Source: Flavobacteriales bacterium (GTDB lineage Bacteria; Bacteroidota; Bacteroidia; JACJYZ01). From it: a stretch of DNA of 64,000 nt. The stretch is taken from positions 6,234 through 70,233 of the forward strand of contig JAGQZQ010000004.1 of assembly GCA_020435415.1 (NCBI GenBank), written 5' to 3'. This document shows, piece by piece, positions 34,225 through 45,471 of the stretch. The notes under the pieces are model-generated. The model ran no database searches, was not told where the DNA came from, and worked only from the letters and a program-made list of their open reading frames with translations. The number at the start of each line of letters is the position of its first letter. The stretch's first letter is position 1. Both the position numbers and the translations under genes were made by a program.

Positions 34225-35517
34225 TCATCCGGTAAATTCTTTTATAACTTGAGACAGTGTACGGGTTAGCTGTCTTCTCGAGAATAGATCAATGTTGATC
34301 TCAACAGCCGTGCTCCGACTTACATACAACCGCTGAATAAAGGTTTTGATATTGGCCTCATCCTGTAAACATGCCATCGCTTCGGCCCCCATATTCGCCA
34401 GTATTTTTCCTACATCCCCTTCCGGATCACCAATGCACAGAACCGGGCGCTTTGCACCCAGGTACTCGAAAAATTTTCCGGTAAGAATTCCCCTGGCATT
34501 CGGTGTATCGTTCAATACCAGCAACAGTAGGCGGGACCGGGTAAGTTCAATGATGGCTTCCTCATGTGGCAGGTAATCGATCTTTCGTAAGTAGGGGGTG
34601 AGACCATGTTCTTTGATCGAGGCCATCACGGATAGATCAACCTTACCAACCAACTTGATCTCCAGATCTGATGCAAAGGCCGGTTGCTCCGTGATCAACT
34701 GTTGCAAGGCTTTCCATAAAGCTACTGGGTTGCGGGTCTTGACCATTGTGCCCACATGGGCAATGCTGAACTTTGCGTCCGGTTGCGAAGGGCTGACGGG
34801 ATAATCATCTTCATCATATCCGTTGGTGATGACTTCGACACGCTTTGCACCCAATGCTTGTAGTTCCTTTCCCAAAGTAGGCCCGACGGATATGACACAA
34901 TCGGCCTCTGTAAGTACTGCCCGTTCCAGTTTGTGGTGGAGCCGGTCGGCATACCGGGTCAGCATCAGATCTTGATAAAAATCGATGTTGGTCCATGGAT
35001 CCCTGAAATCTGCGATCCAGGGCAGTCCCGTGTGTTTCTTCAGTGCTCTCCCGATCAGGTGCATACTGTGTGGAGGACCCGTGGTCACGATGGCATCCAC
35101 CGGGTTATCCCTGAGATATTGCCGGAGGAACCTGATGGAAGGTTTGATCCAGAAACGGCGTGCATCAGGAATGAACAGATTGCCCCTGACCCATATCGCG
35201 ATTTTATCCGCCAGTCCCGGTTTTTTGTTCTCGCTGAGAAAACCGGTATTCACTTTCTCTCCCTTTCGCCCACTCCATTTCTTATATAGTTCGTAGGGCT
35301 CCCAAATGGGTTGTCTTATTATCTCCGTGCCCGGTGGAATGTCTTTCTCCAGGGAATGATCTTCAACCGGCATCTCTCCGCCGTCAGGTGCATACACCAC
35401 GGGAGTCCAGCCACATGATGGTAAGTACTTGACGAACTTCAACCAGCGTTGCACACCTGACCCACCGGAAGGAGGCCAGTAATAGGTAATGACCAAGACC
35501 TTTTTTAGTGCCTGCAT
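34225..35517 (-). CDS. Glycosyltransferase (GT4-like, N-terminal glycosyltransferase_4-like domain)
   Basis: The N-terminus is KVLVITYYWPPSGGSGVQRWLKFVKYL. The C-terminal half has a GT-B fold. Confidence 0.6.
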   Translation of the reverse strand: MQALKKVLVITYYWPPSGGSGVQRWLKFVKYLPSCGWTPVVYAPDGGEMPVEDHSLEKDIPPGTEIIRQPIWEPYELYKKWSGRKGEKVNTGFLSENKKPGLADKIAIWVRGNLFIPDARRFWIKPSIRFLRQYLRDNPVDAIVTTGPPHSMHLIGRALKKHTGLPWIADFRDPWTNIDFYQDLMLTRYADRLHHKLERAVLTEADCVISVGPTLGKELQALGAKRVEVITNGYDEDDYPVSPSQPDAKFSIAHVGTMVKTRNPVALWKALQQLITEQPAFASDLEIKLVGKVDLSVMASIKEHGLTPYLRKIDYLPHEEAIIELTRSRLLLLVLNDTPNARGILTGKFFEYLGAKRPVLCIGDPEGDVGKILANMGAEAMACLQDEANIKTFIQRLYVSRSTAVEINIDLFSRRQLTRTLSQVIKEFTG

Positions 35518-35527
35518 ACCTGGGGTA

Positions 35528-37963
35528 TTAGGCCTCCGTCGCTGGTTCCTCTTTCCGGGAATGACCCAGTGTTTTCCAGCCGTAGCCGACGCAGAGGAGA
35601 AGTAAAAGACCGGAACAGGCCAGTGAAATACTTTCTCCTACCGGATAAACCCGTGGCTCGAAGCGGAAAGCAACCGTATGATCTCCTGCAGGAACCCTCA
35701 TGGAACGCAGGACATAATTAGCTCTGAAGTGAGGCGAAAGTTGACCATCCACATAGGCATTCCACCCTTCTGCATAGTATATCTCACTGAATACGGCCAG
35801 TTGTTCTTTGGTTGAATGGCTTGCGTAGATCAATTCGTTGGGCTTGTAACTGGTCAGGGAAATAGTGGCTCCCGGGTCTTTACCAGGTGCAAACCCTGAC
35901 AGTTGATCCTTGAACCGTTGGTCCACAATCGCCAGGGTGGAAGGGTCGAAATTGGAAAGCGCTGTCATTTCTGAATCCGCATTGGCCACCAGCCGGTAGT
36001 CATCCACGAACCATGCATTGCCTAATGCACTTGGATTGGATTCGGCCATCACTCCTTTTTTATCCGGGGTGGGAACAATGAAGTATTTTGTGTTCAACAT
36101 ATTGATCACATTCATATTCCCCTGGCTGATCTGAAAGTCGATCAACTCCTGATACCGTTTTAATTTTGCACCATGATATCCGCCGAGGGATTTGTGAAAA
36201 TAGGAGGTTTCACTGTCCTGGTCCAATCGCCGGGTTACATTGTAAACCCTGAAGTTCGGATCTTTGTCCTGCAGAATCTGAAGGTTGGCCTGGCTTGCCT
36301 GATAGGGTTGTTTCATTTCCTGTTTGGCCACAAAATCATCATTGTTGAGATACCTTCTGCCTACCGGCCAAAGATCAATAACGACCACAAGCGCAAGCAA
36401 GATGGCCGCGTTGCGATGCGTCAGCTTTGTCTTAATGAAGGTGTAGAATAGAATTCCGGCAGTTAGTAAAATAAAAAACAACGATCTCAGGGCATCCATC
36501 CGCATCATAGACTTTCTGTCTTTGATCAATGCATCCAACGGCCATCCCGATGCCTTCAGTTGATCATCACTCAGTCCGTGAAAATCAAAAAATGACGGAC
36601 CCATGGCAGCAACCACAAGGGTAACTCCGCCGGTGATGTACAGTGCACGCATTAATTTTTTTCTGAAAAGAACAGGGTCCGGTTGTTCTTTAAACAAGTG
36701 ATGAAGGGTAAGGAATGCCAGCAGCGGCAAGGTTAAGCTGGCAATGACCAAAGTCATGGACACCGCTCTGAATTTATTATAGCCGGGAAAGTAATCCAGA
36801 AAGAATTCGGAGAATCCGTAGAAGTTTTTTCCCCATGCAAGTAAGATGGATAGGATGGTTGCTGATAATAACCACCATCTTATCGGTCCTTTGAGGATAA
36901 GCAGTCCCAGTACGAAAAGGAAGATCACCATGGCACCTGCATAAACCGGTCCGCTTGTAAAGGATTGATCTCCCCAATACATCGGAAGACGTTTGATCAT
37001 TTCTTTGGCATTCGGAACATTGGCTTGTTGCAGAAATTTATACATCTCAGAAGAGGTGCCCAGTTCTCCTGATGACGATCCTCCCATGAAATTGGGGATG
37101 AGGAGGGTCATGGTTTCCGGTATTCCGTAACTCCAGGCCATGGCATAGTCCTTGTCCAGCCCGGATGTACGTTCATCGTGTTTTCCTATGGTCAGCTCCG
37201 AAGGTCCCCTGGTGGTATACTTACCGTATTCGAGGGTGGCCCACAAACTGGCGATGTTGGTACCCAATGCCAGTATGGCTGCGGCGACCAAAATGCCTGC
37301 TTGTTTGGCAAATGCAGGCAGGGTTTTCTGTCGTATCGCCTCAACCCCTTTGATGATCCCCAGAACAAGAAGGCAAAGCGCCAGGTAATAGGTTATCTGG
37401 GGGTGATTGGCCATGATCTGCAGGGAGAGAAAGGCAGTCGTTAAAATAAATCCTGAGAATAGTCTATTTCTGAAGATAAGCAGGACGCCACCTACCACAG
37501 GAGCCATGTAGGCAATGGCGTGGGCTTTGCTGTTATGGCCAGCCTCAATGATGATAAAGTTATAGGAGGATAACGCAAAGGCGAGGGCACCGGCTAAACT
37601 TAACCAGGGATTTACACGCAAACAGAGCAGAAGAATATAAAACCCGACGAAGTATAGGAATAAATACCGCATCGGACTAGGCAGTCCAAGGTATAAAACC
37701 TTATCTATCCAGCGCATCAGATTGCCTGTATAGATAACCGAGATCTGGTATGCAGGCATACCACCAAACATGTTGTTGGTCCATAATGGCTCTTCGCCTG
37801 TAGCTTCCCTGTAATCCGCAATCTCTTTGGACATTCCTTTGAAATGCGCAATGTCACCCTGATATAACGCTTTCCCCTTAAGCAGGGGTGCAAATTGTAT
37901 GATACTGATGAGCAGAAATACAATAACCGCAATAATGTGTGGGGCAAATTTCCTCATGTTCAT
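35528..37963 (-). CDS. YfhO-family polytopic membrane protein (putative glycan/lipid glycosyl-transfer membrane protein)
   Basis: 811 aa with many TM helices. The N-terminus (FAPLLKGKALYQGDIAHFKGM) is characteristic of YfhO. Confidence 0.65.
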   Translation of the reverse strand: MNMRKFAPHIIAVIVFLLISIIQFAPLLKGKALYQGDIAHFKGMSKEIADYREATGEEPLWTNNMFGGMPAYQISVIYTGNLMRWIDKVLYLGLPSPMRYLFLYFVGFYILLLCLRVNPWLSLAGALAFALSSYNFIIIEAGHNSKAHAIAYMAPVVGGVLLIFRNRLFSGFILTTAFLSLQIMANHPQITYYLALCLLVLGIIKGVEAIRQKTLPAFAKQAGILVAAAILALGTNIASLWATLEYGKYTTRGPSELTIGKHDERTSGLDKDYAMAWSYGIPETMTLLIPNFMGGSSSGELGTSSEMYKFLQQANVPNAKEMIKRLPMYWGDQSFTSGPVYAGAMVIFLFVLGLLILKGPIRWWLLSATILSILLAWGKNFYGFSEFFLDYFPGYNKFRAVSMTLVIASLTLPLLAFLTLHHLFKEQPDPVLFRKKLMRALYITGGVTLVVAAMGPSFFDFHGLSDDQLKASGWPLDALIKDRKSMMRMDALRSLFFILLTAGILFYTFIKTKLTHRNAAILLALVVVIDLWPVGRRYLNNDDFVAKQEMKQPYQASQANLQILQDKDPNFRVYNVTRRLDQDSETSYFHKSLGGYHGAKLKRYQELIDFQISQGNMNVINMLNTKYFIVPTPDKKGVMAESNPSALGNAWFVDDYRLVANADSEMTALSNFDPSTLAIVDQRFKDQLSGFAPGKDPGATISLTSYKPNELIYASHSTKEQLAVFSEIYYAEGWNAYVDGQLSPHFRANYVLRSMRVPAGDHTVAFRFEPRVYPVGESISLACSGLLLLLCVGYGWKTLGHSRKEEPATEA

Positions 37964-38299
37964 GGGGCCAAAAAGTTTGGGTGAAGATAAGAAACCCTTA
38001 CGAACGGGCAGCCAACGGTATTTCAGGAAAAAGTGTACGGGAGGTTAACACAATTACTCAACTTCCTCGTAATCCACATACTCTCCTTTGTTACTGTATT
38101 TTTCAGTCCGATTGGCTTGTCCGGGTGGTGGAGTGGAAATGGTATCGGCAGGATTTGTTTGTCTTCGCCGCAATGAATTTGCAATGATCCGGTAAACAAG
38201 GTAGATGGCTACCAGGATGAGAATATTTCGCATCGTGTAATACTTGGCTTTACTTATTGAAAGCGAAGGTACAAAGATTCTTCCCGGATATCCAGCTAC

Positions 38300-41134
38300 C
38301 TAGCGGCTGAGGTACATCGATTTTTCGTTGTAAAGATGCCGGAAGTAAGGATCTTTCAAGTCTTTGATGAACCGGATCGCTTCTCCGGTTGCCTTCATCT
38401 CGGGGCCGAGTTCTTTGTTTACATTCGGGAATTTATCGAATGAGAACACCGGTTCCTTAATCGCATAGCCCTCGAGTTTGGGCTGGATATCAAAATCCTT
38501 CAGCTTGTGTGTTCCCAGCATCACCTTGGTGGCCATGTTAACATAGGGTACGCCATAAGATTTGGCGATGAAAGGTACGGTACGGGACCCACGGGGATTG
38601 GCTTCAATAACGTATACGTTCTCATCTTTCACGGCAAACTGGATATTCAGCAGTCCGCGTATGTTCAATGCCAATGCCAGTTTACGCGCATGTTCCTCCA
38701 TCAGCGCCTTCGTTTTTTCGCTCAGACTGAAAGGGGGCAGGACGGCAAATGAATCCCCGGAGTGAATTCCTGCAGGTTCAATGTGTTCCATCATACCGAT
38801 GATGCAAATATCTTCACCGTCACAGATCAGGTCAACTTCCGCTTCTTCCGCCCTGTCCAGGAAATGGTCGATAAGAACCCGATTACCCGGAATGCTTTTG
38901 AGCAGACGGATCACCTTGTCTTCCAATTCATCATCATTGATCACGATGCTCATGCCTTGTCCGCCCAATACATAAGATGGGCGCACAAGTACGGGGTACT
39001 CTACTTCATTGGCCACCTGAATGGCTTCCTCGGCAGTAAGTGCCACACCATATTTCGGATAAGGGATGTCCAGCTCTTTCAGGAGATCTGAGAAGCGACC
39101 GCGGTCTTCCGCCAGATCCATGTCGTCAAATGAGGTGCCGATGATCTTGATGCCCTTTTCATGCAGGCGCTCTGCCAGCTTCAAAGCGGTTTGACCACCC
39201 AGCTGTACAATAACGCCTTCCGGTTTCTCATACTCTATGATCTCGTAAATGTGTTCCCAGAAAACCGGCTCGAAATAAAGCTTGTCCGCGATGTCGAAGT
39301 CGGTTGAGACCGTTTCGGGGTTACAGTTCACCATGATGGCCTCATATCCTGCCTCGCGTGCAGCAAGAATACCATGCACACAGCAATAGTCGAACTCAAT
39401 GCCTTGCCCGATCCGGTTAGGTCCGGAACCCAGCACGATCACTTTCTTCTTGTCGCTGACGATGGATTCGTTCTCTGCCTGATCATTCACATTGTTCTCA
39501 AATGTGGAATAATAATAAGGTGTTTGCGCTGCAAACTCAGCGGCACAGGTATCCACCATTTTGTAAACCCGGCGTACCCCGAGTTTCTTCCGGTGTTCAT
39601 AGACCTCATCTTCCGAAACATTACCCAACAGGTGGGCGATCTGTGCATCGGAGTAGCCCTTCTGCTTGATATCCATCATGAACTCACGCGGAATATTCTC
39701 AAGGGAATAACGGCGGATTTCTTGTTCGATCTTGACCAGCTGTTGTATCTGAAGCAGGAACCAGCGATCCATACGGGTGTGCTTCACCATCGTTTTGATC
39801 GGCAGGCCGAAACCAAAGGCATCCTTCAGGTGAAAGAGGCGATCCCAGGACGGACGCTCCAGACTTTCCACCACATCCTGTACTTTTACCCAGTCTTTTC
39901 CATCGGCACCCAATCCGAGCCTGCTCATCTCAAGGGATTGACAGGCCTTCTGAAGGGCTTCAATAAAACTGCGACCGATGGCCATGACCTCACCCACCGA
40001 TTTCATTTGCAGTCCCAGTTCCCTGTTGCTTCCCTGGAATTTATCAAAGTTCCAGCGCGGCACCTTTACGATTACATAGTCCAGGGTGGGCTCAAAGAAT
40101 GCAGATGTGTTTTTGGTGATCTGGTTTTGGAGTTCATCCAGGTTATAACCGATGGCCAGCTTGGCTGCAATCTTTGCAATCGGGTACCCGGTGGCTTTCG
40201 AGGCCAGGGCAGAAGAGCGGGATACCCGTGGATTGATCTCGATGGCAATGATATGATCATTCTCAGGATTCACTGCGAACTGTACATTGCAGCCGCCTGC
40301 AAAGTCACCGATGGCACGCATCATCTTGATGGCCATGTCCCGCATACGCTGGTATGTGCGGTCGGAAAGGGTCATTGCCGGGGCAACGGTGATGGAGTCT
40401 CCGGTGTGAATACCCATGGGGTCCATGTTCTCAATGGAACAGATGATCACCACATTGTCGTTGCTGTCGCGAAGCAGCTCCAGCTCATATTCTTTCCAGC
40501 CCAAAACCGCTCTTTCAATCAGGACTTCATGGATGGGGGAAGCATGCAGACCACGGTTCAGGAGTTTATCATAATCTTCCTTTTGATGTACGAACGCGCC
40601 GCCGGTACCACCAAGGGTATAGGAGGGACGTATCACCAGGGGGAATCCCAGTTTTTGTGCAATCTCTTTTCCTTCAAGGAAGGATGTTGCGATCTGTGAG
40701 GGAGCCACACCTACGCCGATCTCTACCATCAGTTTCCTGAAGGCCTCGCGGTTCTCGGTCGTTTCTATGGCATCGATATCAACACCGATGATCTTCACGT
40801 TGTATTTTTCCCAAAGACCGGTCTCGGCCGCTTCCTTGCAGAGATTCAATGCTGTTTGTCCACCCATCGTAGGCAATACCGCATCTATGTGACGTTCCTT
40901 CAGTATCTCTTCTATGGATGCCACTTCCAGTGGACGCAGGTAAATATGATCCGCCGTGACCGGATCGGTCATGATGGTGGCCGGGTTTGAATTGATAAGG
41001 GAGACCTCAATGCCCTCTTCTTTGAGTGACCTTGCGGCCTGAGATCCCGAATAGTCGAATTCGCAGGCCTGTCCGATGATGATGGGGCCGCTTCCTATGA
41101 TAAGTACCGATTTAATGGAAGTATCCTTGGGCAT
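38300..41134 (-). CDS. carB: Carbamoyl-phosphate synthase large subunit
   Basis: The N-terminus [25 protein letters not shown] and duplicated ATP-grasp halves are present. The 944-aa form is typical of Bacteroidetes. Confidence 0.9.
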   Translation of the reverse strand: MPKDTSIKSVLIIGSGPIIIGQACEFDYSGSQAARSLKEEGIEVSLINSNPATIMTDPVTADHIYLRPLEVASIEEILKERHIDAVLPTMGGQTALNLCKEAAETGLWEKYNVKIIGVDIDAIETTENREAFRKLMVEIGVGVAPSQIATSFLEGKEIAQKLGFPLVIRPSYTLGGTGGAFVHQKEDYDKLLNRGLHASPIHEVLIERAVLGWKEYELELLRDSNDNVVIICSIENMDPMGIHTGDSITVAPAMTLSDRTYQRMRDMAIKMMRAIGDFAGGCNVQFAVNPENDHIIAIEINPRVSRSSALASKATGYPIAKIAAKLAIGYNLDELQNQITKNTSAFFEPTLDYVIVKVPRWNFDKFQGSNRELGLQMKSVGEVMAIGRSFIEALQKACQSLEMSRLGLGADGKDWVKVQDVVESLERPSWDRLFHLKDAFGFGLPIKTMVKHTRMDRWFLLQIQQLVKIEQEIRRYSLENIPREFMMDIKQKGYSDAQIAHLLGNVSEDEVYEHRKKLGVRRVYKMVDTCAAEFAAQTPYYYSTFENNVNDQAENESIVSDKKKVIVLGSGPNRIGQGIEFDYCCVHGILAAREAGYEAIMVNCNPETVSTDFDIADKLYFEPVFWEHIYEIIEYEKPEGVIVQLGGQTALKLAERLHEKGIKIIGTSFDDMDLAEDRGRFSDLLKELDIPYPKYGVALTAEEAIQVANEVEYPVLVRPSYVLGGQGMSIVINDDELEDKVIRLLKSIPGNRVLIDHFLDRAEEAEVDLICDGEDICIIGMMEHIEPAGIHSGDSFAVLPPFSLSEKTKALMEEHARKLALALNIRGLLNIQFAVKDENVYVIEANPRGSRTVPFIAKSYGVPYVNMATKVMLGTHKLKDFDIQPKLEGYAIKEPVFSFDKFPNVNKELGPEMKATGEAIRFIKDLKDPYFRHLYNEKSMYLSR

Positions 41135-41193
41135 AGTATGAGAGATTTCAGCGTATATTAGCTTCCCGAAAATCGGGGGCGAAAGTACATTTT

Positions 41194-42090
41194 TTGCCTG
41201 AAAAATGTGGTGTGCAACGCGATTCTTTTATGAACATTCCGAAATTTCCCGAAGCCATTGGTATGGAATCACCCGTATTTGAAAAGATTAAGATTGAATT
41301 GAAACATTCCCGGGTGCACGGACTTTCATTTGGAAAAGGCAGTCGGGTGTTTTTTGCATTTCCCGGTTATGGTCGCCCGGCTTCGGATTACGAATCACTT
41401 TGGAAAGGAATGGGGGAGGATCATCGGATCATCGCTTTTGAATTGCCATGTCAGGGGCCAACCGAGATTACCGAAGGTCATGATCTGATGCCGAAAGACA
41501 TTGCAGATTGGGTGCATGAGATTGCGGATCGCGAAAAGTTGAATTCCTTCGGGGTTATCGGGTATAGCATCGGAGGCCGGGTGGTGTTGTCCGCACTGCC
41601 CTACCTGGATGGGCGGTGCACCGAGTTGGTGTTGATCGCGCCGGATGGGCTCAGACCTGCCGTGTGGAATAAGTGGGCGACCAATACCACGGTGGGGCGT
41701 ATGTTGTTCAGGTTCACCATCCGGTATCCCGGCTGGTTGTTTGGCCTTTCATCGCTTCTGGGTAGCGTGGGTTTGTTGAAACGCCCTTTGCGTAAGTTCG
41801 TGAAACTGCATATGGATACACGGGAGCGCAGGCAATTCGTGTATGACGTGTGGTGGACACTACGCCAAATGCAACCGGATCGCAAACGGGCCATCAGGAA
41901 TATCATGGCGCGCTGCATTCCCTGCTGGTTTATATTCGGAAAACACGATCGCATTATTCCGGCCCATCTGGGTACGCCGTGGGCCAAAGAAATGGGTGCC
42001 TACGGCAGAACCCTGATTGTGAATGAAGGCCATGAATTACTTACAGAAGAAACAGGTAATGCGTGGAGAAGATTGGCCCGGATACGGTAG
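41194..42090 (+). CDS. Alpha/beta-fold hydrolase
   Basis: It has the nucleophile elbow GYSIGG. The start may be at 41230 or 41263. Confidence 0.6.
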   Translation: MPEKCGVQRDSFMNIPKFPEAIGMESPVFEKIKIELKHSRVHGLSFGKGSRVFFAFPGYGRPASDYESLWKGMGEDHRIIAFELPCQGPTEITEGHDLMPKDIADWVHEIADREKLNSFGVIGYSIGGRVVLSALPYLDGRCTELVLIAPDGLRPAVWNKWATNTTVGRMLFRFTIRYPGWLFGLSSLLGSVGLLKRPLRKFVKLHMDTRERRQFVYDVWWTLRQMQPDRKRAIRNIMARCIPCWFIFGKHDRIIPAHLGTPWAKEMGAYGRTLIVNEGHELLTEETGNAWRRLARIR

Positions 42091-42100
42091 TTCTAAAATG

Positions 42101-42128
42101 AAAAAGGCCACCAAATGGTAGCCTTTTC
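42101..42128. terminator. Bidirectional intrinsic terminator between the convergent hydrolase and rpmH genes
   Basis: The hairpin aaaaaggCCACCaaaTGGTAgcctttt is flanked by A-run and T-run tracts on both sides. Confidence 0.55.
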
Positions 42129-42147
42129 ATATATGTTAAGTCGTTGA

Positions 42148-42297
42148 TTAACGCTTTTCGTCGCTCACGGTTAATTTCTTGCGGCCCTTTGCACGGCGTG
42201 AAGCCAATACCTTTCTGCCGTTGGCAGTGGACATACGTTCGCGGAAACCATGCTTGTTCTTGCGTTTCCTGACTGAGGGTTGAAAGGTGCGTTTCAT
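42148..42297 (-). CDS. rpmH: 50S ribosomal protein L34
   Basis: [45 protein letters not shown] is near-universal L34 sequence. The long ORF back to 42351 is an artefactual upstream extension. Confidence 0.9.
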   Translation of the reverse strand: MKRTFQPSVRKRKNKHGFRERMSTANGRKVLASRRAKGRKKLTVSDEKR

Positions 42298-42360
42298 AAC
42301 CGTTATAACTTTTTCGGACTGCAAAAATACATCCTTTTTGGTTAAGTGCAAAAAAATTAA

Positions 42361-42437
42361 GTTTAAAGTTCAAGGTTTAAGGGTTAACATTGCAGGTTGT
42401 GTCGAACTTTGAACCTTAAATCTTGAACCTTAAACTT
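42361..42437. repeat. Imperfect ~77-nt palindrome built from TTTAAGGTTCAA / TTGAACCTTAAA units, in the rpmH / ABC-exporter divergent intergenic region
   Basis: The left arm is gtttaaagttcaaggtttaaggg. The right arm is ctttgaaccttaaatcttgaaccttaaactt. The same unit recurs at 28042-28072. Confidence 0.6.
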
Positions 42438-42457
42438 CCGTCATTACCTTTGCTGCC

Positions 42458-44221
42458 ATGAAAGAGCGAAAGACGAAGGCGCCAAGGGTGTCGTGGAAAG
42501 AAAGTTTATGGTTGTTCCGTTATGTAAGACCCTACCGCTGGCGTTTGGCCATCGGGTCGCTGTTTCTCGTTCTTACAAGTGCAACGGCGCTTATCTTTCC
42601 TAAATTAATGGGAGATCTTGTTGGTACTGCGGAGCAAAACCTGACGCAAAACATAGACAAGGCGGCCCTCGTTTTGATGATCCTGTTTGTAGCCCAGGCC
42701 TTTTTCTCCTTTATGCGGGTTTATTTGTTTGTGCAGGTTACCGAAAATATGCTGGCCGACCTCCGGCAGGACACCTACCGGAAACTGTTGGGCAAGCCCA
42801 TGTCCTTTTTCTCGCAAACCCGGGTTGGTGAACTGAACAGCCGGGTGGCAGCCGACATCACCCAATTACAGGGTACCTTTACCACGAATGTCGCTGAGTT
42901 TGTCCGTCAACTGATCATCATCGTCGGTGGCATCGGCTTGCTTGCTTTCACCTCCCTCAAACTAACCGGAATCATGGTCATGGTGATTCCACCCATGGCC
43001 ATACTGGCTGTATTCTTCGGAAGGTATATCCGGAAGATATCCAAAAGTGTACAGGAGGAGGTAGCTGTTTCCAATACCATATTGGATGAGACCCTTCAGG
43101 CCATCGCAAGCGTGAAAGCTTATACCAATGAAGTCTTTGAGTGGATACGCTTCAGTAACAGCACCCGAAGCATTGTGAAAAAGGCGATGAAAGGTGCGGT
43201 ATGGCGCGGTGCATTCTCGTCGTTCATCATCTTTTGTCTGTTCGGTTCCATTGTTGTCGTGATATGGTATGGCCTGAGAATGGTACAATCCGGGGAACTG
43301 AACCTGGGTCTGTTGATCCAGTTTATGTTGTATACGGTTTTTGTCGGCGCTTCCACCGGTGGCATTGCAGCGCAATATGCACAGATTCAACAGGCACTTG
43401 GTGCCACAGAAAGACTCAGGGAAATACAGCAGGGTGAACAGGAAGATGTGATGCAACCATCATCTGATGGGGAACGGTTAAAGGGAGATGTGGATTTTCA
43501 GGATGTGTCATTCGCATATCCCAGCAGGAAAGAGGTTACGGTTCTCAATAATGTCAGTTTGAATATCCGCGCAGGAGAAAGGGTGGCCTTCGTTGGACCC
43601 AGTGGTGCCGGGAAATCTACGTTAACGGCATTGTTGCTTCGTTTTTATGATGCAGATTCCGGTCAGATCCTGTTGGATGGAAAACCTATTGATAGCATGA
43701 CCTTACATAAGGTCAGGAGCAACATGGGAATTGTTCCCCAGGAGGTGCTCTTGTTCGGTGGGACCATTCGTGAAAATATCGCCTACGGGAAAAAAGATGC
43801 TTCGGAGGAAGAGGTTATCGCTGCGGCAGATAAGGCCAATGCCCTGGCGTTTATCAAAGAATTCCCCGATGGACTCGACACCGTTGTGGGAGAGCGTGGT
43901 ATCCAATTGTCAGGCGGTCAGCGTCAGCGGATTGCCATTGCCCGTGCCGTATTGAAGGACCCATCCATTCTTATTCTGGACGAAGCCACCAGTTCACTCG
44001 ACTCGGAATCGGAGAGATTGGTACAGGATGCGCTCGATAAGCTGATGAAGGGACGCACGTCCATTATCATTGCCCATAGGTTTTCCACGATCAGAAGCGC
44101 CGATAAGATTGTCGTGCTGGATCATGGAACAGTGGTGGAGACGGGTCGGCATGAGGAACTCATCAGAAATGATGAAGGTTTATATGCGCACCTCAGCAAG
44201 CTCCAGTTCGAGACGGCTTAA
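42458..44221 (+). CDS. ABC transporter permease/ATP-binding protein, MsbA-like exporter
   Basis: It has a 6-TM domain followed by an NBD with Walker A (GPSGAGKST), the signature LSGGQRQRIAIARA and Walker B (ILILDEAT). Confidence 0.85.
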   Translation: MKERKTKAPRVSWKESLWLFRYVRPYRWRLAIGSLFLVLTSATALIFPKLMGDLVGTAEQNLTQNIDKAALVLMILFVAQAFFSFMRVYLFVQVTENMLADLRQDTYRKLLGKPMSFFSQTRVGELNSRVAADITQLQGTFTTNVAEFVRQLIIIVGGIGLLAFTSLKLTGIMVMVIPPMAILAVFFGRYIRKISKSVQEEVAVSNTILDETLQAIASVKAYTNEVFEWIRFSNSTRSIVKKAMKGAVWRGAFSSFIIFCLFGSIVVVIWYGLRMVQSGELNLGLLIQFMLYTVFVGASTGGIAAQYAQIQQALGATERLREIQQGEQEDVMQPSSDGERLKGDVDFQDVSFAYPSRKEVTVLNNVSLNIRAGERVAFVGPSGAGKSTLTALLLRFYDADSGQILLDGKPIDSMTLHKVRSNMGIVPQEVLLFGGTIRENIAYGKKDASEEEVIAAADKANALAFIKEFPDGLDTVVGERGIQLSGGQRQRIAIARAVLKDPSILILDEATSSLDSESERLVQDALDKLMKGRTSIIIAHRFSTIRSADKIVVLDHGTVVETGRHEELIRNDEGLYAHLSKLQFETA

Positions 44222-44841
44222 ATGATGGGAATATGTATCAGTGCTTTTTCACTGAAAAAATCTTCCTGAAAATACTCCGTCAGTGATACCAGGGTGTAGG
44301 GGCGTTTGAGCAAGCGTGCTTCTTCTTCGTCAGACCGCCCCTTCAGACATATCAGCCCATTCTTTATGACATGCTTGTTTTCTTTTTGGAAAGAATTGCG
44401 TGTCCATTTGATCAGATCCTGAAACGGAGCTACGGCCCGTGAGGTAACGAAATCCGCTTTGATGTCGAGGTCTTCGAAACGTGATTGGACGGCCCGCACA
44501 TTGGATAATCCCAGTTCATCTATCATCGCCTGAACAGCTCTGATCTTTTTTCCGATACTATCCACGAGAACAAAATGGGTTTCCGGAAAAAGGATGGCCA
44601 GAGGAAGTCCTGGAAAGCCACCTCCCGTTCCCAGGTCTGCCACCGTGGCGCCGGGGTTGAATGTGATAAATCTGGCTATGGACAGGGAGTGCAGGATATG
44701 CCTGGTTTCAAGATGTTCCTCATCCTTTCGGGAGATCAGGTTGATGCGCTGGTTCCATGAAAGAAACAACGGAGCCAGGGCCTCGAGGTGCGTGATCTGT
44801 TCGGAAGTGAGGTGGGGAAAGTAGTGACGGACGAGGTTCAC
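44218..44841 (-). CDS. rsmG: 16S rRNA (guanine527-N7)-methyltransferase
   Basis: ADLGTGGGFPGLPLAIL is the SAM motif. The length and overall similarity fit GidB/RsmG. Confidence 0.8.
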   Translation of the reverse strand: MNLVRHYFPHLTSEQITHLEALAPLFLSWNQRINLISRKDEEHLETRHILHSLSIARFITFNPGATVADLGTGGGFPGLPLAILFPETHFVLVDSIGKKIRAVQAMIDELGLSNVRAVQSRFEDLDIKADFVTSRAVAPFQDLIKWTRNSFQKENKHVIKNGLICLKGRSDEEEARLLKRPYTLVSLTEYFQEDFFSEKALIHIPII

Positions 44842-44859
44842 CTTTGTGGACTGGAAGGA

Positions 44860-45471
44860 TCAGATACTGCCTTCGGTGTTTTTCATGATGTTATAAAGAA
44901 ATTCCCTGGCCCGGAACAACTGGGCTTTGACTGTTCCCAGCGGAATATCCAGCTGGTCGGCGATCTCTTCGTAGGAATACTCCTTGAAATAGCGCAGCTC
45001 AACAAGCGTGCGATACCGCGGCTTCAGCTTTTCCACCACTTCGCGCATCACCTTGATCTTTTGCTTTTTCATCAATTTCTCTTCCGGATCCAGAAATTCC
45101 GATTTGAGATCGATGCTCATTTCGCCGCCTTCATCATTTTCATAACGCCGGTCAATAGAAAGCAAATTCTTTTTCTTTTTCCGGATGAAATCGATGCAGT
45201 TGTTTGAAGCGATCTTGAAAAGCCAGGTACTGAAGGCGTAATTGGGTGTATACTGATGCAGGTTTTTAAAGGCTTTGCCGAATGCCTCAATGGTGAGATC
45301 ATCCGCATCATCCTTGTTATTCACCATTTTCAGCAGCATGAAATATATAGAATCCCTGTACCGATCCATGAGCTTGGCATAAGCCTGCTGGTTTTTATCA
45401 TGGATGGCTTGCTGGACCAGCTTGTAGTCAAGCATGGCTTTTTCTGACAGATGATCTAATTCGTCTTCCAT
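44860..45471 (-). CDS. Sigma-70 family RNA polymerase sigma factor
   Basis: Region 2 (YRDSIYFMLLKMVNNKDDADDLTIEAF) and region 4 (YSYEEIADQLDIPLGTVKAQLFRAREFL) are both present. Confidence 0.7.
   Translation of the reverse strand: MEDELDHLSEKAMLDYKLVQQAIHDKNQQAYAKLMDRYRDSIYFMLLKMVNNKDDADDLTIEAFGKAFKNLHQYTPNYAFSTWLFKIASNNCIDFIRKKKKNLLSIDRRYENDEGGEMSIDLKSEFLDPEEKLMKKQKIKVMREVVEKLKPRYRTLVELRYFKEYSYEEIADQLDIPLGTVKAQLFRAREFLYNIMKNTEGSI

Noticed and set aside
39374-40699. 441-aa plus-strand ORF lying entirely inside carB on the opposite strand
   Set aside because: carB is unambiguous. The antisense frame is an open-frame artefact: its translation has an H/L/C-rich, low-complexity composition and no recognisable motifs.
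42148-42351. 67-aa ORF call for rpmH
   Set aside because: Only the C-terminal 49 aa, starting at MKRTFQPS, match L34. The upstream 18 codons are an in-frame extension and are not part of the gene.
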